The notes: generated by a model from the sequence alone, not told the origin. Counted from the stretch's first letter, positions 19,396 to 30,795 are shown. The stretch is 64,000 nt of DNA from Leptolyngbyaceae cyanobacterium (GCA_965263355.1 CBDHHL010000032.1:3104001-3168000), one strand, 5' to 3'. Numbers and translations: made by a program.

Positions 19396-21849
19396 ATGAT
19401 TATTATGGCTCTCTTGACTGTTGGTTTAATCTTTGGCTTGCTGGGACTGTTCGTTGGCTTGGCATATATTAATGTCCCGATGTTGGCGTGGTTTGCCTAC
19501 GCAGCGTTAGTGTTAGGCATCGCCCATGCCCCCCTATGGCTATGGGGATTATTGGGCTGTGTGGCCATTGTGTTTAATGTGCCGTTTATTCGTCAGGTGG
19601 TGATTACGGCCCCCATTGTTAAATCAATTCAACAACTTAAGTTGTTGCCAGCCATCTCAGAAACAGAACGAGCGGCGATTGAAGCCGGTACTGTATGGGT
19701 CGATGGGGAGCTTTTTTCTGGTCAACCCAACTTCCAACGAATTTTGGCAGAGCCTTATCCCGCCCTGAATCCGGAGGAGCAAGCCTTTGTGGATGGCCCT
19801 GTGGAGCAGGTGTGTCGCATGGCCACAGACTGGGAGATTCATCAGCGTAAAGATTTACCCCCCGATGTGTGGGCCTATCTCAGACAAGAACGCTTTTTTG
19901 GCATGATGATTCCGCCAGAGTATGACGGTCTTGGGTTTTCGAATACGGCCTACAGTGCGGTGATGACTAAGCTGGCATCACGCTCGTTTACCCACACGGC
20001 GACGGTCGGTGTGACCAACTCCCTCGGACCCGCAAAACTACTTCTGCGCTATGGCACCAATGAGCAAAAGCAGCGTTACCTTCCTAAACTCGCGACCGGT
20101 GAAGAAATGCCATGCTTTGCCCTGACGGAACCGACGGCGGGTTCGGATGCGGCCAGTTTGCAGTCGAGCGGGACGGTGTTTAAGGGGCAGGACGGTGAGC
20201 TATATCTAAGGTTGAACTGGCAGAAACGCTATATTACGCTGGGTGCGATCGCAACCCTAATCGGTCTGGCTGTCCGCCTCTACGATCCCGATAATCTTCT
20301 AGGCAAGGGCACAGATGTTGGCATTACCTGTGTATTGGTTCCCGCTGACACTCCTGGTGTGCAATTGGGGCGTCGCCATGACCCCATGGGTGTGCCCTTC
20401 TATAATTCACCCATTGCCGGTCGCAATGTAGTTTTGTCTGCCTGCCAGATCATCGGCGGTGTAGCCCAAGCGGGACAGGGTTGGACCATGCTGATGCAAA
20501 GTCTCGCCGCTGGTCGAGGCATTAGCTTCCCGGCAACTGCGACCGGTGTTGCCAAATTAATCTCTCGTGTGACCAGTGCCTATAGTGTGGTGCGCGAACA
20601 GTTTGGGTTATCTATCGGTAAATTTGAAGGCATTGAAGAACCCCTGGCGCGCATTGGGGGCCTCACCTATCTGATGGATGCGGTACGTTTGTATACCTGT
20701 GGTGCCGTCGATCAAGGCGAACAACCTGCAGTGGTATCTGCCATTGCCAAGTATCAATTTACTGAATTATCCCGTCAGTTGATCAATCACGGCATGGATA
20801 TTCTCGGTGGTGCTGGCATCTGTCGTGGTCCCCGCAATCTGTTGGCCAATATTTATACAGCTACACCCATTCCAATCACAGTAGAGGGAGCTAATATTCT
20901 CACCCGCAGTTTGATTATTTATGGTCAAGGCGCAATCCGCTGTCATGGTTACATTGTGGATGAAATTGCCGCGTTAGAAGACAATAATGTTGCTGCATTT
21001 GACCATGCATTGTGGCGACATATGGGGCTGGTGTTGCGCAATTGGGCGCGGGCAAAAGTCTTGGGTTTGACCCATGGTCGTCTGGCGAAAGCACCGGTAC
21101 GAGGAGAAACGGCCCGCTACTATCAGAAGCTAGCCTGGGCCTCTGCCACATTTGCCGCCCTATCAGACTTAGCCATGCTCACCTACGGCGGTCGCCTCAA
21201 ACGCCATGAGAAAATTACGGGGCGCTTTGCCGATATGCTCTCTTGGATGTATTTAGCAACCGCTACGCTTCGACGGTTTGAGGCAGAAGGTCGTCGAGAC
21301 GATGATTTGCCCTTGGTTCATTGGGCGATGAATCATAGTCTGGGACAGATTCAGCAGGCATTAGAAGGTCTATTGGTGAACCTAGATATTCCTGTTTTAG
21401 GAGGGCTGATGCGGGCAATTACATTGCCGTGGTTCCGGTTAAATCCCCTGGGTGTGATGCCTACAGATGCCCAAGGCCATGCAGTGGCACAGCTATTGCA
21501 ATCTCCTGATGGGCGTAATCACGTTACTGCAGGTTTGCATGTGCCCACGGATGCAGAACAGGCCCTTGGCCGTTTGGAGCGCGCCTATCAGTTATCGATT
21601 GTGGCGATGCCTGTATTTAAGATAATCAAAACTGCATTGCGCAATGGGGAGCTGAAGATTATGCCTCCTGTGGGTCGGGTGGAAGCAGCGCTAAGGGCTG
21701 GAGTGATTACGAGCGCAGAATCTGACCTAGCAATCGCTGCAGAGCGGGCGCAGTTGGATGCGATTCAGGTGGACTCGTTTACATTGGTGGATTATCAACG
21801 CATTGGCAGGGAGTATATCGAGGAAGAGATTACGGAAACTGAATCATGA
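19396..21849 (+). CDS. fadE: Membrane-anchored acyl-CoA dehydrogenase (E. coli FadE-type, long C-terminal extension)
   Basis: N-terminal TM segments, ISETERAAIEAGTVW, NSLGPA.LL..YG, CFALTEPTAGSDA, KRYITL and ITVEGANILTR (catalytic Glu). Start ATG 19396 or 19405. Confidence 0.95.
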   Translation: MIIMALLTVGLIFGLLGLFVGLAYINVPMLAWFAYAALVLGIAHAPLWLWGLLGCVAIVFNVPFIRQVVITAPIVKSIQQLKLLPAISETERAAIEAGTVWVDGELFSGQPNFQRILAEPYPALNPEEQAFVDGPVEQVCRMATDWEIHQRKDLPPDVWAYLRQERFFGMMIPPEYDGLGFSNTAYSAVMTKLASRSFTHTATVGVTNSLGPAKLLLRYGTNEQKQRYLPKLATGEEMPCFALTEPTAGSDAASLQSSGTVFKGQDGELYLRLNWQKRYITLGAIATLIGLAVRLYDPDNLLGKGTDVGITCVLVPADTPGVQLGRRHDPMGVPFYNSPIAGRNVVLSACQIIGGVAQAGQGWTMLMQSLAAGRGISFPATATGVAKLISRVTSAYSVVREQFGLSIGKFEGIEEPLARIGGLTYLMDAVRLYTCGAVDQGEQPAVVSAIAKYQFTELSRQLINHGMDILGGAGICRGPRNLLANIYTATPIPITVEGANILTRSLIIYGQGAIRCHGYIVDEIAALEDNNVAAFDHALWRHMGLVLRNWARAKVLGLTHGRLAKAPVRGETARYYQKLAWASATFAALSDLAMLTYGGRLKRHEKITGRFADMLSWMYLATATLRRFEAEGRRDDDLPLVHWAMNHSLGQIQQALEGLLVNLDIPVLGGLMRAITLPWFRLNPLGVMPTDAQGHAVAQLLQSPDGRNHVTAGLHVPTDAEQALGRLERAYQLSIVAMPVFKIIKTALRNGELKIMPPVGRVEAALRAGVITSAESDLAIAAERAQLDAIQVDSFTLVDYQRIGREYIEEEITETES

Positions 21850-22333
21850 GGCTTGATTGTGGTAAATGCGTAGTATGCCACTGCGATTGCTGTAGTCAGG
21901 ATGAAATAAATCTTTAAGGGGGGCTCATCCTGACTACTTTTTATATTGTTACTGGTGTCGGGCGCGTCGGGTTCAACACGTGTGCTCATCAAGTGCGTGC
22001 GGCAATTGAGCACATTATCCTTGGCAACAATTCCTTTCCTTCAACGTGGACTGATGCTCTAATGCGCCACCGAAAACTCTATATTGATTGAGTTCGTGAT
22101 TTGCAACTTGGATAGCAAATGTAAATGCTCCTGTATCTTGAGTTAAGGAACGAAATCTGACAATTCCAGAAGGTCTTCTGCTCCTAGCCTACTTTGCCTG
22201 AAATGCCATATGGCGGATAATACTTTGTAGTAGTAGTATCGGACTATAGAACTAGGATAGGTTTGCTAGATGCTAAGCTAGGAAAATAGGAAGGCAAAAA
22301 AATAGGGGACGATGCATCCCCTACAAACAATAA

Positions 22334-22468
22334 ATGTTGCCTTCAGTCTACCAAACCATCTGCCGTACACATCTGAGCGAACAGCAGTATCTAACGCTAG
22401 AGCTGGTGTTACTTTTGATACAAGCCCATCGAGAAGTCACCCTTGCTACCTTAGCCAGTCTATTTCCT
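22334..22468 (+). mobile_element. 5' fragment of a cyanobacterial IS4-family transposase
   Basis: Reads MLPSVYQTICRTHLSEQQYLTLELVLLLIQAHREVTLATLASLFP, which resembles cyanobacterial IS4 transposase N-termini (from recall). Preceded by A7-taggggacgatgcatcccctac and cut off at 22468. Confidence 0.7.
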
Positions 22469-23952
22469 TGTGTCTGATGTGTTTTAGATGACTGTCTGGG
22501 CATTGGCAGCTCGTCAATAGTACTGAGAACCCATTCAAAGAGATCAGGAAACGGCTGTCCAAAGAGTCGTTGAGCCGCAGTGGTGCCATCAGCTCGTTTA
22601 AGGTCGAAATTATGAATGATGGTGAGCACCTTCAAGGACTGATGAGAAAAGCCTCGATTGACATGATGGCGTTGCGACAAATAGCCATTGCGCCCTTCGA
22701 CGGCAGAGGAAGTGCGTTGATACTTGGCACACATCCACTGGCACCACTGCACCCAGTGTTGGCGTTGCGTGTCATCCATCTGTAGTGTCATGGTGTGGGC
22801 CATCAGCTGATCATAGGCATCGCTAGCGGCCTGTTGATAGCGAGATTTGAGCTGAGGCTTTCGAGTTTTATCAGCGTGTTGAGACCAATAGACCCAGGGT
22901 AAAAGGGCTGTCAGTACCCAATTTTGGACGTCCATCTCCTGGGTTTCTGCCGCTAGTGCCTGCATCACCCAGTGCCACCAGGCATGAATGCCGGTGGCGA
23001 ACTTAGGGATCTGAGCTTGAAAGGTGGCAATCGCTTTTTGAGTCGTATCGCCCCCATAGAGATGCGCCAGTTCGTTGAGTGTGCTCAAGGGGACCTCCAG
23101 CCGCGTCGTTAAGTCCTCAAAGAATTGCCATTGGGCGGTTTCAAGGGTGAAGGGGTGGACCGTTTGGCTAATGTCTGCCAACGCACAATGATAGGTTTGC
23201 TGGTCTTGTTCGAGCTGTTGATGTTGCTGCGTGAGCGTCTCGAGTTGTGAGGTCAAGGTCTGTTGTTTAGACGGGTCTGTTGTTTTGTTTAATTGGTGGT
23301 GGAGTTTGTCTGCTTGTTTTTCAAGCTGAGCAAGTTGACGCCCCAGCGCACTCCCGATAGGACGACCTAATGCCCGCATCGCATGGAACAGATCCGCAAC
23401 ACTGACGGTACCCAGACCGCAGAGAGCTAGCTTCACCAAGGCACGGGCACCATCACTGACCATAAAGTGGCACTGCCATTGAGTCTGATTCCACCAGGCC
23501 TCAACCTGTTTGAGCCAAGTGTCATAACAGCGGTTCTCACATTCGATTTCTGTGAAAATAAACCCACTGGCTAACTCCACCAGCACCAGAATCGGCAATC
23601 CAAAAAAGGTTTCATCGCCGCCGAGGCAGATACCGGGTTTGTTGGCGGGTTGGCAATGCTCGGCTTGCGCCACTTCGTAGGCCACGATAGCTTGCTGGAG
23701 ACGGTGTTTGAGTTGACGTAGGGCACTCGCAGAACTGCCCACATGAGTATCGAGGTGCACTGCCTTGAAGAACGTTGATAAACTTTCGGCTCCCACCCCT
23801 TGTTTGATGCCAAAGTGGTAGATCACCCCCACCACCAGACGTAACAGCCAAGCTGACCCGGCGGCAGTTTCCCACAGACCTGATTCTGGATACTGATTGC
23901 GACGGGCAATGGCTTGCTGATGTCGATGCACACTGCTTTTGCTGATCCCAAT
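22469..23952 (-). mobile_element. DUF6399-like putative transposase, truncated at both ends
   Basis: GISKSSVHRH HTH, LGGDETFF, MVSDGARAL, DLFH, YQRTSSAVEGRNGYL and HNFDLKRADGTTAAQRLF. The native N-terminus and stop codon appear to be missing. Confidence 0.8.
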
Positions 23953-24958
23953 GAGGTGTTTATTTATACACACCTGAAAGGTGTTTTTGTTTCCCCCGTC
24001 TTGAAGAGTTACCCATTCTTGGTTTTATATATGATATCCCTCCTGAAAATTTAGCCAATAGGATGAGAAGCAAAAAAGGGAACAGATTGAGAGCTATACG
24101 GACAACTTATCCTAGACTTTCGGCCTGCCTGTTTTATCTTTGGACCCTTCACGATGAAGGCAGAACATTCAGATTTATGCTTAACGTAGAACTATCTGAT
24201 AAAGCTAGAGACGAAATATACTAAGCCAATATACTTATTTTAATGCTACGCAGTTTAGCTATCCAGCTCATAAATTTCCTGAAACAAGTTATTGCAGCCT
24301 CACATAGGGCTTTGAGGTGTACAATGCCTCTTGCGATCGCAACTAAGGCATTGACATCCAGAGTAGGCTGCTCTAACCCTATTTTTTCTAGAATTTGCTG
24401 CGGTAGCCGCCATAAGTTCATCATACTCAGGATATTCCCGTACCTCAGGATTTAAACTATAAACCGCCGATTCTAAGCATGCTGCCTTACAAATTTACGC
24501 ATGAACTCTATCAGGGTCTCAACCACTTCGAGGGCAACGCCATTGTAAAGGCTGACGCGACAGCCACCTCTAGTGCGATGTCCAGCTATATCGATAATAC
24601 ACACTCAAGTAGCTTCGTGAATGAACTGCTAATGCTATTAACGTAAACGACAAAGAAAAGACCCGATGCAAGTCTTTTCATCTCCCCTAACTACTGAAGT
24701 GATGTTTGAGTTTCCCCTCGTTTTAGCCCCCACTTTGATTGTTCCATGGTTAGCCGTCCTAAATGGGCTCGTGGCCTGGAAACTGTGGGAATATCAACGG
24801 TCTTTTACTCAAAAGACAAAAATACAATAAAATACGCTCACCCTGCTTGATTAATCCTGCCACTGTATAGAACTGCCCATAAACTATGGCTAGCTTTTGC
24901 TAGACTAGGCCTTTAACCCTTTACAGTGGTTATGTCCTATTATGAGTGGCAATAGTCA

Positions 24959-26266
24959 GTGACACAAGTATCGACAACACCAGTTGTCAGTGAGGAACAA
25001 ACCAGTCAAGCAGACAACATAAAAAAAATTGTCCTGGCTGGCATTATCGGCAATATTATCGAATGGTACGATTTTGCACTATTTGGTTATTTTGCCCCGG
25101 TTATATCTACCCTGTTTTTTCCTAACGACAATGAGCTAACGTCCCTATTAGAAACCTATGGAGTCTTTGCCGCTGGATTTATTATGCGGCCAATTGGGGC
25201 AACAGTTTTTGGCTATATTGGAGATCGCATTGGCCGCCGTATAGAATTATTTATCTCAGTACTCTTAATGGCATTGCCCACATTTATGCTGGGATTATTG
25301 CCAGACTATGCCCACATTGGTATTGCCGCTCCTATTACGTTAGTTGTTCTAAGGTTAATCCAAGGCTTGTCGGTAGGAGGAGAATTTACCGGTTCAGTCA
25401 CCTATGTGGCCGAAACAGCGCCTCAAAACCACCGAGGATTTATGGCTAGCTTTACCAATTTTGGTTCCATGTCAGGCACATTGCTGGGCTTAGGCATTGT
25501 CACCTTAATGACAAATCTGTTGCCAGATGCTGATCTTCGTAGTTGGGGATGGCGTTTGGCATTTTTATTAGGCGGTGTTTTGGGGTTAGTTGGTTTCTAT
25601 ATTCGGCAAAATCTACCTGCATCTGAAGTGTTTCAAGAACAGCAGGATGAGAGTGAAATGCCCTTGCTCACTGCGTTTCGGCAAAGTTGGGTGCCGATGG
25701 TACAAACCATAGTCTATACGGGGGGCTACAGTACTGTTTTCTATATTTTGCTCGTGTATCTGCCGACCTATTTGGACAAGTTTACGGATATTGCCTTAAA
25801 TCAGGCCCTACTGATTAATACGGTTGTGATCGCACTACTATTGCCTATCACCCCCCTCATGGGCTGGCTATCAGATTTCACCCTACGTCGTAAAGTCTGG
25901 TTATTGATTGCCGTCATTAGCTTAGCCAGCCTGGGTTTTCCGGCATTTTTGTTATTTCAACAGGGTACTCTCCCCTGGATCTGGGTTGCCCAAATCACTC
26001 TAGTTACCCCAATTGGCATCCTATTGGGGGTATCACCAACCATGATGGTAGAGCTATTCCCCACAAAAACCCGTCTAACAACCTATTCTGTTTCTTTTAA
26101 CGTGGGCGTCAGCCTTTTAGGCGGGACCTCTCCCTTGATCGTGACCTGGTTGATCGATGTTAGTAACAATGTTTATGTCCCAGCCATATACCTAATTGTC
26201 AGTGCGGTCATGGCGGCGATCGCAGTGAGTTTTATGGTCGATCGCAGCCGTGAACCGTTGCTATAA
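24959..26266 (+). CDS. MFS transporter, MHS/ProP family
   Basis: GNIIEWYDFALF, RPIGA..FG.IGDRIGRR, RLIQGLSVGGE and ELFPT..R. Confidence 0.93.
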   Translation: MTQVSTTPVVSEEQTSQADNIKKIVLAGIIGNIIEWYDFALFGYFAPVISTLFFPNDNELTSLLETYGVFAAGFIMRPIGATVFGYIGDRIGRRIELFISVLLMALPTFMLGLLPDYAHIGIAAPITLVVLRLIQGLSVGGEFTGSVTYVAETAPQNHRGFMASFTNFGSMSGTLLGLGIVTLMTNLLPDADLRSWGWRLAFLLGGVLGLVGFYIRQNLPASEVFQEQQDESEMPLLTAFRQSWVPMVQTIVYTGGYSTVFYILLVYLPTYLDKFTDIALNQALLINTVVIALLLPITPLMGWLSDFTLRRKVWLLIAVISLASLGFPAFLLFQQGTLPWIWVAQITLVTPIGILLGVSPTMMVELFPTKTRLTTYSVSFNVGVSLLGGTSPLIVTWLIDVSNNVYVPAIYLIVSAVMAAIAVSFMVDRSREPLL

Positions 26267-26305
26267 GGCAAACATTCCCAGTATCCTCCCATGGTCAGAA
26301 TCGCT

Positions 26306-27181
26306 ATGCCAAAACTGCTTGTCACCGGAGCCAGCGGCTTTCTAGGTTGGAATCTGTGCCAGATTGCAGCAACCGATTGGGATGTATATGGCGTTTACCG
26401 ATTGCGATCGCTAACCATACCCAACAGTACTCTCCTCAAAGCTGACTTAACCAACTCCGAGGAACTCCAAACTCTCTTTCATACCATCCAACCTGATGCA
26501 GTCGTACACCTGGCAGCAGAGTCCAGTCCCAACCGTTGCCAAGAACACCCTGACGCAGCCTACCGAATAAATGTCACTACATCAGTGGAAATTGCAAAAT
26601 TATGTGCTGATGCCGACATTCCCTATGCCTTTGCCTCCAGCGAACAGGTTTTTAACGGCTTAAACCCGCCTTACCGAGAAGACAATCCACCTTCCCCAGT
26701 CAATCGTTACGGTGAACAGAAAGCTCTGGCAGAGTCAGCAATACTAAATTGCTACCCCAAAGCCGCCATATGTCGGCTTCCTCTTATGTTCGGGGCTGCC
26801 CCCTCCACGGCCAGTAGTTTTCTGCAACCTTTTATCCAAACGTTGCGTGAGCGGCGAGAATTAAAGTTGTTTATAGACGAAATTCGTACCCCAGTCAGTG
26901 GGACAACGGCTGCTCAAGGATTACTCCTGGCTCTGCAGACCGTGCAAGGGATCATTCACCTGGGGGGGAAAGAACGCATCTCTCGCTATGACTTTGGTCG
27001 TTTGATGGTGGAAATATTCGATCTGCCTGCTGATGGGCTCAAGCCTAGCCACCAAAAGGACGTAAACATGTCAGCGCCCCGCCCCCCCGATGTGTCCCTC
27101 GATAGTACTAAAGCCTTTGCGATGGGGTATGCCCCACTCAACCTGCGTGAGGAACTACAAGCACTACGAGGAAACGTATAA
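26306..27181 (+). CDS. RmlD/RfbD-like NAD(P)-dependent oxidoreductase (extended SDR)
   Basis: VTGASGFLG, HLAA, YGEQK (YxxxK), DEIRTP and APRP.DVSLD. Confidence 0.88.
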   Translation: MPKLLVTGASGFLGWNLCQIAATDWDVYGVYRLRSLTIPNSTLLKADLTNSEELQTLFHTIQPDAVVHLAAESSPNRCQEHPDAAYRINVTTSVEIAKLCADADIPYAFASSEQVFNGLNPPYREDNPPSPVNRYGEQKALAESAILNCYPKAAICRLPLMFGAAPSTASSFLQPFIQTLRERRELKLFIDEIRTPVSGTTAAQGLLLALQTVQGIIHLGGKERISRYDFGRLMVEIFDLPADGLKPSHQKDVNMSAPRPPDVSLDSTKAFAMGYAPLNLREELQALRGNV

Positions 27182-27283
27182 CCCAAGACTCAAACTCACC
27201 AACTCTCTCCAGGGCTTCTACCACGCAAAACTCAAACTTCAAAACTACACACCAGTTTGAGGCTATTTCTCCATCTCACCCTT

Positions 27284-29173
27284 CTACCAAGTTAATCGCA
27301 GACCCTGCTCTAACATCTGGTCTTGTAGCTCAGTCATATACCCTTGTTCCACAATCTCTGATGCTGATAGCTCAGGCTGTGTCACCAGCCAACCTGCCGT
27401 CACACCAGCGGCAGCACCGATGCCCCACTCACTCATATGAACTCGCGTCAGCGCATTAACAATGTGACTCACAGCAATGCTCTTACCTCCAATAAGAAGA
27501 TTATTCACCGATTGAGGCACTAAACTCTCTAATGGAATTTGTACCGGTCGAACAACAAATTCTTTAGCAGGGGCACTGCCTGCTTCCCAGGATGGACTAC
27601 CATTGCGATAACGGCAGCCATGAATATCGATATCATAATGACTCACGGCCACTGTTGTCGGCGTAAAATCTCGTCCTCCTGGCTGGTCTATTCTTAAGTC
27701 TGCCTCAAGCATTAGAAATGCATCATCACCATAGGCATTACGACCTAAGATCCGTCGTCCCTCACGGATATATGGCACCATACTCAGCCCCGATAGAGTC
27801 CCCATATAGGCCTCATCCCCCGATAAATACCTTAGGGGCAACCCAGATTGCGCTTGCGTTTGTAACAACCAACGGGCAAATAGCAACGCATGATCTTCTC
27901 CATGGCGCAGTGCTATTGCTGAGAGGCCACCCATCCAGTTCTGTTGCTGGCCATTCTCCTTAATTTGATCAGCAGTCAAAATCAATGGCGGGTCCATCCA
28001 GGTCCAGTCATTTCCACGGTTCCAGTTCACCATTGTCATATCACCTATAGCAGGCATATCCTGAAAGGGATCGTTGCGAGTTGTGCTGACAATCCGGCGA
28101 TAGTTAAAAAAGCTGCGTCCTGTGAAAAACGGAAAACCTTCCATTCCAAAAACTTTCTCATGCTCATGTACAGCATAGAGGGGAGGATATTGTTGTAACA
28201 CCCGCTCTAAGTCCGTCAGACTTTTGCCATTATCATCGTGGAGTGCTACCACGAAGGGATAGGTAAATGCCTGGGTACAGGCTGGATTATCTTTTTCTGA
28301 TCCGTTGATTTCTCCAGTTGTCGTTCGGGCCTCCGACCCTAATCGGTGGGGTAGATTCGCCCACCCGATAAACTCTCCCGTATCGGTGGAATCAATAACG
28401 ATCATCCGCTGACCAGCAGGAGGCTCTAAGCGCACTGGAATTTTCTCAAAGCTGTCATCGGCGGACCAGGAGTACCAACTAGCTAACTCTTGGGAAAATC
28501 GACCTGCCGGTACATAGTTTGAGCGCTTAGGAATACGCTGGACGGCATGAATGGCCACAATCTCTTGACCACCGTCATCCCAGGTAGCTCCCTTAAAGGC
28601 CGTTTGAGTTTGCCAGCGACTCTTAGGCGCATTGGGCAGGCTATTTTCTAAATGCATTTGGGCGGCAGTTGCCCCTGCTTGGGGGACAAAGCAGAGGTGT
28701 CCTACCCAGCAGGCATTGACATCTTTGACAGCCACAGTCCCCTTGCCGGTCCACTTCGGTAAAGTCACTCTTTGTTGAGCAATTTCTTGTTTAAACCTCT
28801 GCCAACTAGATGAAATATTTTGAGCCGCTCGCATAGCCAATGATTCATCAATCGCAGAGACCCCTTGGGAGCTAATTTGCCCACCTAGCCAAGGCGTCAG
28901 CTCAATCAAACAGGTTGTTGCTCCAGCTTCCATCGCGTGATAAGCAGCTGCCACTCCACCTAAAGAACCGCCGATGACAACTACTTGACATTCCCATATT
29001 TCCTGAGGCTGCGGTAATGGAGTCAGATTCGGTCTACCATTTGCCAACATCAGTGGTGGTGGCGATGGTGGCATGACAACCTCCTCACGCCCTGGCTGAG
29101 GGGCACAAGCCCAGCCTGCACTAAGAACAGTAAAGCAAGCAAACCATTTGGTCAGCAGATCAAATCGAACCAT
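27284..29173 (-). CDS. FAD-dependent oxidoreductase, exported/lipoprotein
   Basis: VVIGGSLGG, WLGGQISSQGVSAIDE, IDSTDTGE, PYIREGRR and YDIDIH. N-terminal signal peptide with Cys. Confidence 0.87.
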   Translation of the reverse strand: MVRFDLLTKWFACFTVLSAGWACAPQPGREEVVMPPSPPPLMLANGRPNLTPLPQPQEIWECQVVVIGGSLGGVAAAYHAMEAGATTCLIELTPWLGGQISSQGVSAIDESLAMRAAQNISSSWQRFKQEIAQQRVTLPKWTGKGTVAVKDVNACWVGHLCFVPQAGATAAQMHLENSLPNAPKSRWQTQTAFKGATWDDGGQEIVAIHAVQRIPKRSNYVPAGRFSQELASWYSWSADDSFEKIPVRLEPPAGQRMIVIDSTDTGEFIGWANLPHRLGSEARTTTGEINGSEKDNPACTQAFTYPFVVALHDDNGKSLTDLERVLQQYPPLYAVHEHEKVFGMEGFPFFTGRSFFNYRRIVSTTRNDPFQDMPAIGDMTMVNWNRGNDWTWMDPPLILTADQIKENGQQQNWMGGLSAIALRHGEDHALLFARWLLQTQAQSGLPLRYLSGDEAYMGTLSGLSMVPYIREGRRILGRNAYGDDAFLMLEADLRIDQPGGRDFTPTTVAVSHYDIDIHGCRYRNGSPSWEAGSAPAKEFVVRPVQIPLESLVPQSVNNLLIGGKSIAVSHIVNALTRVHMSEWGIGAAAGVTAGWLVTQPELSASEIVEQGYMTELQDQMLEQGLRLTW

Positions 29174-29223
29174 TACTCAGCCTATTAGAACGGAGATATT
29201 CTACCGTCGATTTGTGGGGCGTC

Positions 29224-30612
29224 TTATTTTCGTGTCACCAGGGTAGGAATTTGCGCGGCAATTAATATTTGAAATCGTCGCGTCAAGACAATAGCAGCGA
29301 CTAATTGCCCCAATGCTAAACACCACCATAAACCATTGCCTTGCCAACCAAACCACTGACCCATCACATAGCCTAAACCAATACCAATACCCCAATGGAC
29401 AAGCACATCCACCGTAGCCAGTAAATGCGTATCTTTGAGCCCTTGTAACGTGCCCGCACTGATAATGCGAATCCCTTGAGCAATCTGAAACACAACTCCC
29501 ACCTTAAAGAGCGCAGATGCAATATTGACCGTTGCTGCATTCTCTGGCAAATTCACGTCTAGATAGAAACTGGCAATAGTTTGGGGTAGTACCCACAGCG
29601 GTATAGCGAGAATCACCACCAAGATGAGATTCATTAGTAGGTTAGCTTGGGCTACTCTACGGGCTGCCCGAGGGTCTGCAGCACCCATTTTGTGACCTGT
29701 CCGCATGGCGGCGGCATAGGCAAAGCCCCAGGAAAACATCAGCAACAGTTCCGTAGTGGTCATGACAATGCGATGGGCTGCCAACAGCTCTGTGCTCCAT
29801 AGTCCCATCAACAAAGCTGCAGCTGTGAAGGCTCCCATCTCAGTACTGTAGTCGACACACAAAGGCCAACCAAGATGAATAATTTCGGCAAGGATGGCGC
29901 GATCGCACCGCCACCACCCCCTTAATAACCTCAATCGCTTCAGGGATGGATACAGCCGTAACACCACCACCGCCACCACAAAGTTGAACCAAAATACCAG
30001 AGTACTGGCCCAGCCAATGCCCGCCAGCCCTAACTCCGGCAATCCCCATGCCCCATAGGTCAGCCCGTAGTTCAAACCAATATTCAGCGGAATCCCCAGC
30101 CCCATGAGCACTAGCAACAGACCAGGTCGCGATAGTGCCGTCAAAATTTCCTTAAACACAAACAGCCCTAAGACTGCAGGCAGCCCCCACACAATCGCGT
30201 GTAAATAGATCGTTGCCAGCGATACAATAGCGGTCTGCTGACCAAAGATACGAAAGATGATATCCAGGTGCCAGATCAGCGCCATTACGGGTAAAGAAAT
30301 ACCAAAACTTAGCCACAGACCTTGAACATTGATGCGGCTAACCCGATAGTGATCGTTTGCGCCATGGGCTTCGGCTGCGATCGCACCCGTCATTTCTAAT
30401 AGACCAGCACATAGGAAAAACAGCATCCAAAACGAGGTTGCCCCCAACCCACCAGCCGCTAAGGCTATCGTGCCTAAGCCCCCCATCATCAGCGTATCCA
30501 CAAAGTTCACAGCACCCTCTGACAGCTGAATCAACATCAAAGGAATCGCTAATTTGAGGGAGGCCTTTGCTTCAGCCCAAAAGTGCGATCGCTGATTAAA
30601 AAAGATGCTCAT
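29224..30612 (-). CDS. MATE family efflux transporter (NorM-like)
   Basis: LAIPL, FVDTLMMGGLG..ALAA, NIGLNY.L.YG.WGLPELG..G.G.A and G.LQGLKDT. About 12 TM segments. Confidence 0.92.
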   Translation of the reverse strand: MSIFFNQRSHFWAEAKASLKLAIPLMLIQLSEGAVNFVDTLMMGGLGTIALAAGGLGATSFWMLFFLCAGLLEMTGAIAAEAHGANDHYRVSRINVQGLWLSFGISLPVMALIWHLDIIFRIFGQQTAIVSLATIYLHAIVWGLPAVLGLFVFKEILTALSRPGLLLVLMGLGIPLNIGLNYGLTYGAWGLPELGLAGIGWASTLVFWFNFVVAVVVLRLYPSLKRLRLLRGWWRCDRAILAEIIHLGWPLCVDYSTEMGAFTAAALLMGLWSTELLAAHRIVMTTTELLLMFSWGFAYAAAMRTGHKMGAADPRAARRVAQANLLMNLILVVILAIPLWVLPQTIASFYLDVNLPENAATVNIASALFKVGVVFQIAQGIRIISAGTLQGLKDTHLLATVDVLVHWGIGIGLGYVMGQWFGWQGNGLWWCLALGQLVAAIVLTRRFQILIAAQIPTLVTRK

Positions 30613-30795
30613 AGTAGATGCAGCGTGATGCCATTAAGTAAATTCAGACGGTTAATCGCAAATTTCAGACATGCCCCTCCATTCACCTTAAGGCCCATAG
30701 CGGACACAGTACAGATACCAAACCCATACCTACCCCAGGTGATAGCACCACCGATACACTACAGTCTTAATAATTAATTGACTTTGATTTGCTAA

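Noticed and set aside
22348..23973. 541-aa ORF as an intact transposase
   Set aside because: Both termini are non-homologous: the C-terminus is antisense IS4 sequence and the N-terminus is truncated.
23990..24900. Short ORFs (24221-24455) and a possible further IS end
   Set aside because: No recognisable motifs or terminal repeats that I can support. Possibly decayed DNA.
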